Shown: positions 31,067-41,440, counted from the first letter of the stretch. The stretch: 57,473 nt of DNA from an uncultured Rhodopirellula sp. (GCA_964007735.1 CAXGAI010000029.1:1-57473), one strand, 5' to 3'. Program-made: numbers and translations. Notes: generated by a model from the sequence alone, not told the origin.

Positions 31067-32050
31067 ATGGCCGTTAACTGGCAAGAATTCATTGAAGTTG
31101 TTCAGGCCCACGATCATTTTATGCTGACGAGTCATATTCGTCCTGATTGTGATGCGTTGGGAAGTGTATTGGGAATGATGGATGTACTGGAGCAGCTTGG
31201 TAAAGACGTTATTATCGTTAACGGTCAACCCACTCCTCCTAATTTGGCGTTCATTGATCCGGAGAATCGAATCAAAGCGATTGGTGTCGATGTTCAACTT
31301 GAGGACCTTCAGGATCGTGATATCCATATGGTTCTAGATACCAGCGCGTGGGCTCAGTTGGGTCCTATGGGGGAGGTCATTAAGGCCATGGACATTCCTT
31401 TGATTGTGGTAGATCATCATCAGGGTGAAGATGATCTTGGCGCGACATTTTTCAAAGATACAACAGCCGAGGCGGCAGGGAAGCTTGTAGCAGATGCCGC
31501 TGATGCATTAGGTGTCAAATGGAATTCTCGTATGGCTCGTCCGTTGTTCGCCGCGGTAGCGACAGATACAGGCTGGTATAGGTTTGGCTCGGCCGGTGCC
31601 GGAACATACCAACTGGCGTCCCGATTGGTGGAAGCTGGTGCCGTCCCGGCGGAAATATACGGACAACTCTATGAACAGGAAACGATAGGTCGCCTGCGTC
31701 TGCGAGGGACGGTCTTAGAGCGTGTGCGTGTTGAGCTTGAAGGTCGTCTGGCTCATACGTTTATCAGACTCGCGGATTTCGAGAATACAGGAGCCGTACC
31801 AACAGATACCGAAGATCTGGTTAACTTGTGTCTGACGATTAAAGGGACCGACGCCGCTTTTATCCTGGTAGAACAAACACCGGAGGTTTACAAAGTCAGC
31901 TTCCGCAGTCGAGGCACGCTGGATTGCAGTGAATTAGCTCGTGAATTCGGCGGTGGTGGTCATAAAGCTGCTGCAGGCGCTGGTATAGAAGGACCATTCC
32001 AAGAGTGTCAAAGTAGTCTCCTTGACGCAATGATTGCCAAGTTGCAATAA
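31067..32050 (+). CDS. nrnA: DHH/DHHA1 phosphoesterase (NrnA-like nanoRNase/PAP phosphatase)
   Basis: H.RPD.DA.GS, VDHH, TDTG.YRF, SFRS, GGGGH..AAG. Confidence 0.88.
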   Translation: MAVNWQEFIEVVQAHDHFMLTSHIRPDCDALGSVLGMMDVLEQLGKDVIIVNGQPTPPNLAFIDPENRIKAIGVDVQLEDLQDRDIHMVLDTSAWAQLGPMGEVIKAMDIPLIVVDHHQGEDDLGATFFKDTTAEAAGKLVADAADALGVKWNSRMARPLFAAVATDTGWYRFGSAGAGTYQLASRLVEAGAVPAEIYGQLYEQETIGRLRLRGTVLERVRVELEGRLAHTFIRLADFENTGAVPTDTEDLVNLCLTIKGTDAAFILVEQTPEVYKVSFRSRGTLDCSELAREFGGGGHKAAAGAGIEGPFQECQSSLLDAMIAKLQ

Positions 32051-32324
32051 TCGATATAGTCGGTAACTCCGTTGTCCCGTCTGCTGCATGACGAGGTAGC
32101 CCCGGTTTTGTCGATGCCATAACTCCGGAATGTAACGATTCAACGAGAATCGCTCACACCGGAATTGCCCGCCGTTTTTGAGGTCAGCCTATACCCTGCC
32201 CGGTGACCTGAAGAATCCTAGTCATAGCTGATTGATTAGTTTGCTACGACTTGGGTTGGCTTTTGTTTTTGTACATAGAGACGATGCAGTGGTTTATCAC
32301 TTCATTCCTGGGGTTATTTAATAA

Positions 32325-32927
32325 ATGAGTGAAACAAATGACAGTAGTGCTGAAGAATCCCGTCGTGGTTTTCTCGGGTCTTTTGCAGCCTGGGCAGCAG
32401 CTCTTGTAGGTGCCGTTCTTGGGGTTGGTCCGGTTTGCGTTGGGGTTTATGCCTTCATTATGGACCCCTTACGGGACAAATCGAAAGATCTTCCGAAGAA
32501 GAGTCGTGGTAGCGGCGCAGATTCTGAAGGTTTCTTTCGTGTTGCCAGTGTTGATGAAATTGCCTCGGTTGTCCCTCGCCGATTTACCATCGTGGCTGAC
32601 AAGCAGGATGCGTGGAATTTCATAGAGAATCAGGCTGTAGGTTCGGTTTATTTGCAAAAGAGCGAAACTGGAGACATCTCATGCTTTCATACCACTTGTC
32701 CGCATGCCGGTTGCAGCGTCGCTTATGAACAGGACAGTGCCGCTTATCACTGCCCTTGTCACAACAGTTCATTCAAGCTGGATGGTTCAAAGCTCGAAGT
32801 TGATGGATCCACCAACCCGAGCCCTCGTCCACTCGATAAACTGGATGTCAAAGTCGATGACAATAATAATGTTTTTGTGCGGTACGTGGATTACTATACC
32901 GGTAAACATGATCAAATCGAGAAGTAA
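32325..32927 (+). CDS. Rieske 2Fe-2S subunit of a Rieske/cytochrome b complex
   Basis: Tat motif SRRGFL, TM anchor, CPHAGC and CPCHNS boxes, SPRPLD. Confidence 0.92.
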   Translation: MSETNDSSAEESRRGFLGSFAAWAAALVGAVLGVGPVCVGVYAFIMDPLRDKSKDLPKKSRGSGADSEGFFRVASVDEIASVVPRRFTIVADKQDAWNFIENQAVGSVYLQKSETGDISCFHTTCPHAGCSVAYEQDSAAYHCPCHNSSFKLDGSKLEVDGSTNPSPRPLDKLDVKVDDNNNVFVRYVDYYTGKHDQIEK

Positions 32928-32991
32928 CCAATAAGTTGTTTCTCAGCCAAGAAATAAGACACGATCTTAAGATAACGAGATATATCTGAAT

Positions 32992-34956
32992 ATGTTTGGA
33001 AAGCTATACAACTGGGTTGATTCCCGTACTGGAGTTCAGGAATCTCTGGAAGAAGCTCTATACGAAAACATTCCGGGCGGTTCCAAGTGGCGTTACGTCT
33101 CCGGAAGTATGCTTGTTTTTGCCTTTATGACACAGGCGATCACGGGGATCTTCCTGTGGATGAACTATAGTGCCGGTAGTCAGAACGCCTGGGCCAGTGT
33201 TTATTACATTACCTACAATATGGAAGGTGGAGCTCTTTTGCGTGGTATCCATCACGTGATGGCGCAGGCGATGGTTTGCCTGCTGCCTATTCACATTCTG
33301 CAAGTAGTTATTGAAAAGGCTTACGTAAAACCTCGCGAATTCAACTGGTGGTTAGGGCTCGTGTTGATGCAAATCACACTTGCTTTGGGGCTTACGGGAT
33401 ATTTGCTTCCATGGGATCAAAAAGGATACTGGGCGACAAAAGTTGCGACTGAGTTGGCTGCTTTACCCCCGTTTGTTGGTGGGTACATCCAAAAGATCGT
33501 AGTGGGTGGTAATGAATACGGACACTTCACACTGACACGTTTTTTTGCCTTGCATGCAGGTGTACTGCCGGGCCTTCTGGTAGGCTTTTTGGTGTTACAC
33601 CTAGCGATGTTCCGTAAACACGGTATTACGGCTCACAGTAGTGATAAACGTCCAGACCAAATGTTTTGGCCTATGCAGGTTCTTAAGGATGGAGTTGCTT
33701 GTGCCCTGCTCTTTGGACTCGTTGTCTGGGTTGCCTTGATTCATCCAGCAGAACTTGGGCCACCAGCGGAACCTACTGAGCCTTATGGCGCTGCCCGTCC
33801 TGAATGGTACTTCCTGTTCCTATTTCAAATGTTGAAATACTTCGATGGTAGTATGGGATGGAATAACGAATTTATGGGAGCAATTGTCTTTCCGGGTTTG
33901 CTGTTTGGTTTTATGTTCCTGATGCCATTCATTGCTCGAATTAAGGTCGGACACGCACTTAATGTTTTGATGATTGCGTTGGTTGTTGGTGGAGCGGGCT
34001 ATTTGACCTGGGAAGCTTATCAGGAGGATAATTACAATATTAATAATCCAGAGGATACAGAGTCAGCAGCCTTTAAGAAAGCAGCTAAGTTCCATGCGGA
34101 AGTGAAGCGGGCTGACACAGAATTTGAGTTGATTCAAGAGCTCGTGGAAGACTACGGGATTCCCCTCGAGGGGCCATTGGCATTACAGCAGAAAGACCCG
34201 TACACCATGGGCCTTCGCCTGTTCCGTCGGCAATGTGCAAGTTGTCATGCTTATAACGCGACGGGTGAAAACGAGCGTTTGGCAATTGCAGGACCTGTAA
34301 TTGCAGCCGATGTCGAAGAGCCGATGGGAGCTCCGGATCTGTATGGTTTTGGTTCACCCTCGTGGATTCAGGGTCTGCTTAGTGTCGGAGAGAATGGTAT
34401 TGGTAGTGCCAGGTACTTTGGTAATACCAGTCACAGTGAAGGCGAAATGATTGCTCATATTCGAGACACAATGTGGGCTGAAGCAGAGTCTGAGGAAGAT
34501 AAGCAGAATCTGGCAGGGATGGTGGAAGAAGTTTCCTGGGCATTGTCTGCAGAAGCGAAGTTACCATATCTGGATTATGCAGCCAATCAGGACAAGATTC
34601 AGTCTGGTATTGATCACCTGAATGACGACACGCTTGGCTGCGTGGGTTGTCATAACTATAAAGAGAACGAATTTGGATATGTATTTACTCTGGATAACTA
34701 CGCTTCGAGCGAATGGTTAACCACGATGATCTCAGATCCTAATCAGATCTATAGTGAAGACTGGGGGACTTACAATGACCGTATGCCCGCCTTCCATAGC
34801 GAAGCAACCAAACTCCTGACGGCTAATGAAATCGAACTCTTAGTTCGTTTTCTCCGCCAGGATCGTACTTTACTTGGGACTTCATCAGCTAAAGTGAATC
34901 CACTAGCAACAGCCGAGTCGTCGGAAGAAGTCACTGAAGAAGAGTCTGCCGAGTAG
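32992..34956 (+). CDS. Cytochrome b (b6 plus subunit IV fused) with C-terminal diheme cytochrome c domain
   Basis: RGIHH, TGYLLPWDQKGYWA, TLTRFFALH, PEWY; two CxxCH motifs (CASCH, CVGCH). Confidence 0.92.
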   Translation: MFGKLYNWVDSRTGVQESLEEALYENIPGGSKWRYVSGSMLVFAFMTQAITGIFLWMNYSAGSQNAWASVYYITYNMEGGALLRGIHHVMAQAMVCLLPIHILQVVIEKAYVKPREFNWWLGLVLMQITLALGLTGYLLPWDQKGYWATKVATELAALPPFVGGYIQKIVVGGNEYGHFTLTRFFALHAGVLPGLLVGFLVLHLAMFRKHGITAHSSDKRPDQMFWPMQVLKDGVACALLFGLVVWVALIHPAELGPPAEPTEPYGAARPEWYFLFLFQMLKYFDGSMGWNNEFMGAIVFPGLLFGFMFLMPFIARIKVGHALNVLMIALVVGGAGYLTWEAYQEDNYNINNPEDTESAAFKKAAKFHAEVKRADTEFELIQELVEDYGIPLEGPLALQQKDPYTMGLRLFRRQCASCHAYNATGENERLAIAGPVIAADVEEPMGAPDLYGFGSPSWIQGLLSVGENGIGSARYFGNTSHSEGEMIAHIRDTMWAEAESEEDKQNLAGMVEEVSWALSAEAKLPYLDYAANQDKIQSGIDHLNDDTLGCVGCHNYKENEFGYVFTLDNYASSEWLTTMISDPNQIYSEDWGTYNDRMPAFHSEATKLLTANEIELLVRFLRQDRTLLGTSSAKVNPLATAESSEEVTEEESAE

Positions 34957-34981
34957 TGGCGCCCATTTTTTCACAAGAAAT

Positions 34982-35030
34982 AAAAGAGCTCTGAGCTTTC
35001 CCTGATGAGGGTCAGTTCAGAGCTTTTGTT
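34982..35030. terminator. Bidirectional intrinsic terminator between the cytochrome b-c gene and glyQS
   Basis: AAAAGAGCTCTGAGCT..CCCT-GATG-AGGG..AGTTCAGAGCTTTTGTTT inverted repeat. Confidence 0.8.
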
Positions 35031-35059
35031 TGTGTGGTCCGAGTTGGATAATGCTCGGC

Positions 35060-36667
35060 TTATGTCAGTCGCTGACGAATTTCATCCACCACATTTTCAA
35101 CGGTAACGCGGATTTGCTCAAGAGAATCTCGGTCGCGTATGGTCACCGTGCCATCTTCGAGGGTCTGACCGTCGACGGTGATGCAGTAAGGTGTGCCAGC
35201 TTCATCCTGACGACGATATCGTCGTCCAACAGCCCCCTTCTCGTCGTAAAATACATTGAAGAAAGGTTTGAGATCGGCATAAATCCTCTTGGCTATTTCC
35301 GGCATGCCATCTTTTTTAACCAGCGGGAAGACTGCCGCTTTGATGGGAGCGATACGTGGGTGGAATTTCATGACGACTCGTTTTTGCATCTTGCCATTCT
35401 CATCCGGCTGCTCGTCTTCGGTATAGGCTTCACAGAGGAATGCGAGTGTTGCTCGGTCGGCTCCGGCAGAGGGCTCGATAACATGAGGTGTGTATCGTTC
35501 ACCACTTAAATCGTCGCGGTAATTTAGATCTTTCCCTGAACCACGGTGTTTTGGCTTGCCATGTTCGTTGAGTTCCACTTCGAGCGGATTAGTGTTGGGA
35601 TCTAATTTTCCTTCCATGTGGCTCCGGAGGTCGAAGTCGCCTCGGTGGGCGATACCTTCTAACTCTCCATATTCACCTTCCGGAAGGAACGGAAATTGAT
35701 ACTCGATATCGGCAGTTCCGGTGGAATAGTGGCTGAGTTCATCTTCGTCGTGTTCACGAAGGATCAGCCGTTCATCAGAAAGCCCGAGTTCTGTATACCA
35801 TTCCATGCGTCGGTCTCGCCAGTATTGGTACCATTCTTGAGAACTGTCAGGGTGACAAAAGAATTCAATCTCCATTTGTTCGAATTCACGTGAACGAAAG
35901 GTGAAATTTCGCGGAGTGATTTCGTTTCGGAAACTTTTGCCAACTTGCGCGATTCCGAATGGGATCCGGACCCGGGTGCTGTCCAGCACGTTTTTGAAGT
36001 TCACAAAGATACCTTGTGCGGTTTCCGGACGTAGGAAAGCAGTGCCCTCCTCACCTGAAAGGGCTCCGACAAATGTTTTGAACATTAGATTGAATTCGCG
36101 AGGTTCGGTCAAAGTTCCGGCTTCTTTGGCATCCGGCCCGAGTACCTGGCTGAGATCTTTGATTTCCGTTAAATTTAGATACTCTTGGTCCCATTGCAGC
36201 TCTTCGGCATGCTTGGATCGCAGATTGAAAAACTTTAATGCCCGTCGTTGCGTGTCTTCGTCTTCCAGAGAGATTTCAGCGACGGTGGCGATAAAGACTC
36301 GTTGACCCTTGGCTTCCACCCATCGTCCCCGCACCTGATCGTGCCGATAACGTTTTTTGGTTTGGCGACAGTCAACCATGAAGTCGTGGAAGAGGTCATA
36401 GTGTCCAGAGGATTTCCAGACATTGGGATGCATGATGATCGTACAGTCAAGCCCCGTCATCTCGTAGGTGCTCGGTGCCCCTTGCTGCTGGGTCAACTCA
36501 TCATGGCCAGAGACCATATCACGCCACCAAGCTTCTTTAATGTTGCGTTTTAATTCAACACCCAGTGGTCCGTAATCCCAGAAGCCCTGGATGCCTCCGT
36601 AAATTTCACTGGATTGAAATAGAAATCCTCGGCGTTTGCATAGGGAAACAAGCTTGTCCATCTCCAT
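35060..36667 (-). CDS. glyQS: Glycine--tRNA ligase, alpha2 (homodimeric) type
   Basis: KRRGF, LRPETAQG, GKSFRNEI, REFEQ.E, ELEGIA.R, VIEPS.G, GRRYRRQDE.GTP. Confidence 0.95.
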   Translation of the reverse strand: MEMDKLVSLCKRRGFLFQSSEIYGGIQGFWDYGPLGVELKRNIKEAWWRDMVSGHDELTQQQGAPSTYEMTGLDCTIIMHPNVWKSSGHYDLFHDFMVDCRQTKKRYRHDQVRGRWVEAKGQRVFIATVAEISLEDEDTQRRALKFFNLRSKHAEELQWDQEYLNLTEIKDLSQVLGPDAKEAGTLTEPREFNLMFKTFVGALSGEEGTAFLRPETAQGIFVNFKNVLDSTRVRIPFGIAQVGKSFRNEITPRNFTFRSREFEQMEIEFFCHPDSSQEWYQYWRDRRMEWYTELGLSDERLILREHDEDELSHYSTGTADIEYQFPFLPEGEYGELEGIAHRGDFDLRSHMEGKLDPNTNPLEVELNEHGKPKHRGSGKDLNYRDDLSGERYTPHVIEPSAGADRATLAFLCEAYTEDEQPDENGKMQKRVVMKFHPRIAPIKAAVFPLVKKDGMPEIAKRIYADLKPFFNVFYDEKGAVGRRYRRQDEAGTPYCITVDGQTLEDGTVTIRDRDSLEQIRVTVENVVDEIRQRLT

Positions 36668-36982
36668 GGCGAATTGGTCTTTCGTATTTAGAGGTCTTGT
36701 ATTGGCTCGTATTAATCAACGACTTTTATATCTTCGCCCACAGCTGTATTTTCAGCTATGGGGGTAATTTGACTTTCTTGCACGACTTAGATTTGCAACA
36801 CAGTAGGTGAAATAGCTATAAACATGATTTGGAAATCGGGTTAATGCTGGTTCAGACTCAACGTGTTCTTTGATTTTCCAAGGATTTGGATCTTGATAAT
36901 GGATGTGATTTATTTGTGTGATCGCATTGTGACACTTAGAAGATAGTCACGCTGTAAATAGAAATAGAATTGAAGAGAGAAG

Positions 36983-39700
36983 ATGCTTCGCCGTATTTTT
37001 TTTGCCATGGCACTCATGGTGCCTACGATTGTTTTTGCTCAACCCCCTGTCGTTCCAGGTCATGCTCGTTTTTATGCTCAAGCTGACCCTTCGGTCGAGG
37101 CTGGTTTGCTGTTGTTGGGAGAGTTGAATTGTATCTCCTGCCATAAGCCAGTTGAATCACTTTCGTCGGCCGTTTCATTGAAGAAAGCGCCGATTTTAGA
37201 TTCAGTGGGATCGCGTATCCGTAGCGGTTACATGATGTCGTTTCTGGAGAATCCGAAAACAGCCAAGCCGGGGTCAAGCATGCCGGATGTTTTGGCGGGA
37301 ATGGACGCTGGTAAGAAACGTCGAATTGTTGAAGAACTGACGCACTTCCTTGCAGCGACCGGTTCAGTGAATGATTCCACCATTAATCCGCAGTCAGTCA
37401 ACCGGGGGCGGTTACTGTTCAATACGGTTGGATGCTTGGCTTGCCATAATCCACAGGAGGGTGAAAACACGGCGATTAACGGAAGTATTATCTTTCCGGT
37501 TTTGAGTGAAAAGTATACATTCGCCAGTCTCACAAACTTCTTGAAAAATCCTCATCAGGTTCGACCTTCCGGGCGTATGCCCTCCTTAAATCTAAACGAC
37601 AAGGAAACTCGTGATGTTGCGTCCTACTTGCTGCGGGATTTGAAGCTGCCGGATAATCTGGCCTTTAAGTATTACGAGGGCAATTGGGATAAGCTTCCTG
37701 ATTTCTCAAAACTTGACCCTAGACTGGAAGGGACGACTTCAGGGTTTGGTGTTGAGATCGGAAATCGCAACGACAATTTTGGAATTGTTTTCACGGGAAA
37801 AGTGATTATTCCTGAAGCAGGGGAATATACGCTGCATCTGGGAAGTGACGATGGGTCTCGCTTGCTGATTGATGGTAGGCAGATCGTTATCGTGGATGGA
37901 ATTCACGCGCACCAATTCAAAAATGCGAAGACAATGTTGACTCAGGGTGAACATGAAATGGTGGTTGAGTACTTTGATGGCAGTAACCACAACACGCTTG
38001 AGGTTTTGATCGAAGGTGAGGGGTTGGGGAAACAGTCGATCGGCAATTTACTATTCACACCTAAGGCGGAAGATGTTGTTGAGACCAACGACTTCGTTGG
38101 AATCAATGAAACAAAAGCCAAGGCTGGTAGGCAGCACTTTGTTTCGCTTGGGTGTGCCGATTGTCATCAACTTAAAGAAGGTGATTCGATTCTGACTTCC
38201 ACCAGACAGTATCAGAAATTAGAGAATCTGATTGGAAAAGACGGTTGTCTTTCCGGCAGTGGACAGCAACCTCACTACGGGTTATCTGAAAAACAGCGTG
38301 CGGATCTTACCTTGGCAATTAAATTTCTGGAGAGCTCCGAGTATAAGCCGGAGACGGCAGATGTTATTCACCGCACATTTGTCACGATGAATTGTTATGC
38401 ATGTCATCAACGAAACAAGGTTGGTGGTGTTGTCGAAGCACGCCGTGATTTCTTTACCACGCCGGAAAAGGAAATGGGTGATGAAGCTCGGATTCCACCT
38501 CCGTTGGGAGACACGGGAGCTAAGTTACAACAGCCATGGTTAAAAGAGGTGTTGATAAACGGTACGAAAGTACGACCTTACATGGTTACTCGAATGCCAA
38601 AATTTGGTAGCCAGCAGGTTGCGCATCTCCCGGAAATGTTCGAGATGGTGGATGAAATCGATGATTTCGACCATGCCAAGGATGTTTTCTCGGATAAAAA
38701 ACTGAAAGTGTCGGGGCGTCGTCTAGTTGGGTCGAAAGGCTATTCCTGTGTGAAATGCCACGTGTTTGGTAATCAAAAGGCATCAGGCGTTCAGGCATTA
38801 AGCATGACGACCATGACCAGTCGTTTGAAGTATGAATGGTTCCACAACTACGTCATTAATCCAGTAGCAATGCGTCCGCTTACGCGTATGCCTACGGCCT
38901 GGCCTAATCGGCAGGTATTGTTACCGCAAGTATTAGACGGGACGGTCGACCAGCAAGTCTACTCAATCTGGAAGTATCTTGAAGATGGCGATAAAGCCTC
39001 CGCTCCGCAGGGGGTAGGTCAAAACTCAATCGAACTTTATGTGTTTGATGAAACGTTGATGTACCGGAACTTTATTCAGGGCGCCGGTCCTCGAGCCATT
39101 GGCGTGGGTTATCCTGAAAGAGCAAACCTGGCATTTGATGCAAATCAGATGGGGATTGCGCTCATTTGGCACGGTTCATTTATGGATGCCGGGCGCCACT
39201 GGACCGGGCGAGGTCAGGGATTCCAGCCCCCATTGGGAGATAATGTTTTATCGTTGGGGCAATCCCCTACACTTGCCAGACTTGAATCACGTGACTCGAC
39301 CTGGCCGTCCGGTGACGTTAAAAAACAGGGCTACCAATTCCTTGGCTATCAACTAGGTGAAAAACGTAAACCTACGTTCTTCTACAAGTTGGACAGTGTA
39401 TTGGTTAAGGATTATCCGGATCCCGAGAGTGACGGAGGGGAATTCCCTGCACTGGACCGAACTCTAAACCTGTCGTCAGACAAAGAAGAGTCGAATCTTT
39501 TCCTGAGGCCTTTAGTTGCTGGTAACACACTGAAGATTGACGAGGACGGAGTCGTGACGGTTGATGGTGAATGGAAACTGCTTATTGGCGGTGACGTCGG
39601 CGCGGTATTCGTTCGCGGTAAGGAACTGATTGTTCCGGTTGAACTGAAGCGTCTGGACGGGAAATTCTCGGGTACCGTCACGCTGCGTTATGAATGGTAA
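36983..39700 (+). CDS. Secreted multiheme cytochrome c with an internal PA14 domain
   Basis: Signal peptide; five CxxCH motifs (CISCH, CLACH, CADCH, CYACH, CVKCH), each group followed by an MP axial-ligand motif; PA14 signature YYEG.W...PDF...DNFG..F.G....GEY....SDDGSRL. Confidence 0.88.
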   Translation: MLRRIFFAMALMVPTIVFAQPPVVPGHARFYAQADPSVEAGLLLLGELNCISCHKPVESLSSAVSLKKAPILDSVGSRIRSGYMMSFLENPKTAKPGSSMPDVLAGMDAGKKRRIVEELTHFLAATGSVNDSTINPQSVNRGRLLFNTVGCLACHNPQEGENTAINGSIIFPVLSEKYTFASLTNFLKNPHQVRPSGRMPSLNLNDKETRDVASYLLRDLKLPDNLAFKYYEGNWDKLPDFSKLDPRLEGTTSGFGVEIGNRNDNFGIVFTGKVIIPEAGEYTLHLGSDDGSRLLIDGRQIVIVDGIHAHQFKNAKTMLTQGEHEMVVEYFDGSNHNTLEVLIEGEGLGKQSIGNLLFTPKAEDVVETNDFVGINETKAKAGRQHFVSLGCADCHQLKEGDSILTSTRQYQKLENLIGKDGCLSGSGQQPHYGLSEKQRADLTLAIKFLESSEYKPETADVIHRTFVTMNCYACHQRNKVGGVVEARRDFFTTPEKEMGDEARIPPPLGDTGAKLQQPWLKEVLINGTKVRPYMVTRMPKFGSQQVAHLPEMFEMVDEIDDFDHAKDVFSDKKLKVSGRRLVGSKGYSCVKCHVFGNQKASGVQALSMTTMTSRLKYEWFHNYVINPVAMRPLTRMPTAWPNRQVLLPQVLDGTVDQQVYSIWKYLEDGDKASAPQGVGQNSIELYVFDETLMYRNFIQGAGPRAIGVGYPERANLAFDANQMGIALIWHGSFMDAGRHWTGRGQGFQPPLGDNVLSLGQSPTLARLESRDSTWPSGDVKKQGYQFLGYQLGEKRKPTFFYKLDSVLVKDYPDPESDGGEFPALDRTLNLSSDKEESNLFLRPLVAGNTLKIDEDGVVTVDGEWKLLIGGDVGAVFVRGKELIVPVELKRLDGKFSGTVTLRYEW

Positions 39701-39761
39701 GTCAGAAAATCCATCGAAAAGATAGACCAACGATTATTCGTTGTTAGTGAAAGAAATGAAA

Positions 39762-41243
39762 ATGAGAAATAGGCGTGTTTTTAGTTTAATGATGGTGTTT
39801 TGGGCAACTTGCGCTGTGATGCAGGCGCAGGAAGTAAAACCACTGCCAACCGAAAATGATTATTACCCTTTGCTTCAACTGCCAATTCCTGAAGGAGTCG
39901 TTTTAGAAGCAAGTGCAATCGAAATGATGCCCAACAATAAACTGGCGGTCGCCTCTCGCCGGGGTGATATTTATGTAGTGAATAACCCTTTGGCCGAAAC
40001 TAGCGAGGAAATCGAATTTTCATTGTATGCGTCGGGACTTCATGAAATCCTTGGTCTTTCTTTTCATGAGGGCGGGTTGTTTACAACACAGCGTTGTGAA
40101 GTGACAAAGATTGTTGATCTCGACGATGATGATACAGGGGATTTGTTTCAAACAGTTTCTGATGGTTGGGAGATCAATGGAGATTACCACGAGTATGCGT
40201 TTGGCAGCAAAGTGGATAGTGAAGGTAATACCTGGGTGGTTTTGTGTTTAACAGGGTCGTTCAATAGTAATGTTCCTTATCGTGGTTGGTGCCTGCGAAT
40301 CAATGAAAATGGTGCTGTCATTCCGACATGCTCCGGTATTAGGTCTCCCGGCGGTATTGGATCGAATCATCTTGGGGAGATGTTTTATACAGATAATCAG
40401 GGGCCGTGGAATGGAACTTGTGGTTTGAAATGGCTCAGGAAAGGAGCCTTCATGGGGCATCCCGGCGGTAACCGTTGGTTTGAGTTAACGGGAGGTGAGG
40501 TGGATAAACCGGCAGAGCCTGATAGCGGTAGTCGGATTATGACTGAATATGACAAGGACCAAACGATTGAACCAACAGCCGTATTTTTTCCCTATAACAA
40601 GATGGGCAAATCAGCCAGTGGTATCGTTTGTGATACGACTCGTGGTAAGTTTGGCGTTTTTGAAAATCAATTATTCGTAGGTGATCAATCTGCCAGTACG
40701 GTGATGCGGGTTTTCCTGGAGAAAATTGATGGGCATTATCAAGGCGTTTGTTTTCCCTTTCGTGAGGGCTTTGGTTCTGGTTCACTTTCTTTGGAACTGG
40801 ATTCATCCGGTGCCATGTTTGTTGGAGGCACGAACCGTGGGTGGGGTTCGCGTGGCAATAAACCGTTTGCCCTCGAACGTATTCACTGGAATGGCAAGGT
40901 GCCTTTTGAAATTCATGAAATGCGAGCAAAGCCAGATGGCTTCGAACTAACCTTTACACATCCTGTGGATGCTGAGACGGCCGGGAATCTCGATTCTTAT
41001 AAGATGACGACATACACCTATATCTATCAGTCGAGTTATGGTTCTCCTGAAGTGGACCACACGGAACCGGTCGTTAAAGAAGCGATTGTAGCGGAAGATG
41101 GTAAGAGCGTGCGTTTGGTTGTGGAGGGCCTGCAGCGAGGGCACGTTCACGAACTTCACGCAGATGGAATTCGCAGTAAAAATGCGCTGCCGCTGTTGCA
41201 TTCGCAAGCATATTATACGCTGAACTTTATTCCACAAAGGTGA
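39762..41243 (+). CDS. Secreted beta-propeller-like protein (PVC 'large multifunctional secreted protein' type), co-located with the PA14 cytochrome
   Basis: Signal peptide; repeated blade-like segments, YHEYAFG, G.RSP.G.G, YTDNQG.W, T.RGW motifs; C-terminal Ig-like segment. Confidence 0.65.
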   Translation: MRNRRVFSLMMVFWATCAVMQAQEVKPLPTENDYYPLLQLPIPEGVVLEASAIEMMPNNKLAVASRRGDIYVVNNPLAETSEEIEFSLYASGLHEILGLSFHEGGLFTTQRCEVTKIVDLDDDDTGDLFQTVSDGWEINGDYHEYAFGSKVDSEGNTWVVLCLTGSFNSNVPYRGWCLRINENGAVIPTCSGIRSPGGIGSNHLGEMFYTDNQGPWNGTCGLKWLRKGAFMGHPGGNRWFELTGGEVDKPAEPDSGSRIMTEYDKDQTIEPTAVFFPYNKMGKSASGIVCDTTRGKFGVFENQLFVGDQSASTVMRVFLEKIDGHYQGVCFPFREGFGSGSLSLELDSSGAMFVGGTNRGWGSRGNKPFALERIHWNGKVPFEIHEMRAKPDGFELTFTHPVDAETAGNLDSYKMTTYTYIYQSSYGSPEVDHTEPVVKEAIVAEDGKSVRLVVEGLQRGHVHELHADGIRSKNALPLLHSQAYYTLNFIPQR

Positions 41244-41277
41244 AAATGCTTTGAAGTTGGATTCAAGGTTCAATCAG

Positions 41278-41313
41278 AAGGGCAGCATGGGATTAACATG
41301 CTACCCTTTTTTT
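41278..41313 (+). terminator. Intrinsic terminator after the cytochrome/propeller operon (may also serve tRNA-Gln)
   Basis: AAGGGCAGCATG-loop-CATGCTACCCTTTTTTT. Confidence 0.8.
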
Positions 41314-41321
41314 GCTTTGAG

Positions 41322-41393
41322 TTAGGCCGCAGGGACTTGAACCCCAACTAACAGAACCAGAATCTGTTGTGCTACCAATTACACCACGGCCCA
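41322..41393 (-). tRNA. tRNA-Gln (CTG)
   Basis: Reverse strand TGGGCCG TGGTGTAATTGGTAGCAC A ACAGA TTCTGGT TCTGT ... GGTTCAAGTCC ... CGGCCTA A; cloverleaf with CTG anticodon; CCA not encoded. Confidence 0.95.
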
Positions 41394-41412
41394 ATTGCTT
41401 GACGCTCTTTTT

Positions 41413-41440
41413 AGTTTATTCGCCGACCGAAATGGGTCAA
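41413..41440 (-). promoter_or_regulatory. Sigma70-like promoter for tRNA-Gln
   Basis: TTGACC-16 nt-TAAACT on the minus strand about 20 nt upstream of the tRNA. Confidence 0.65.
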
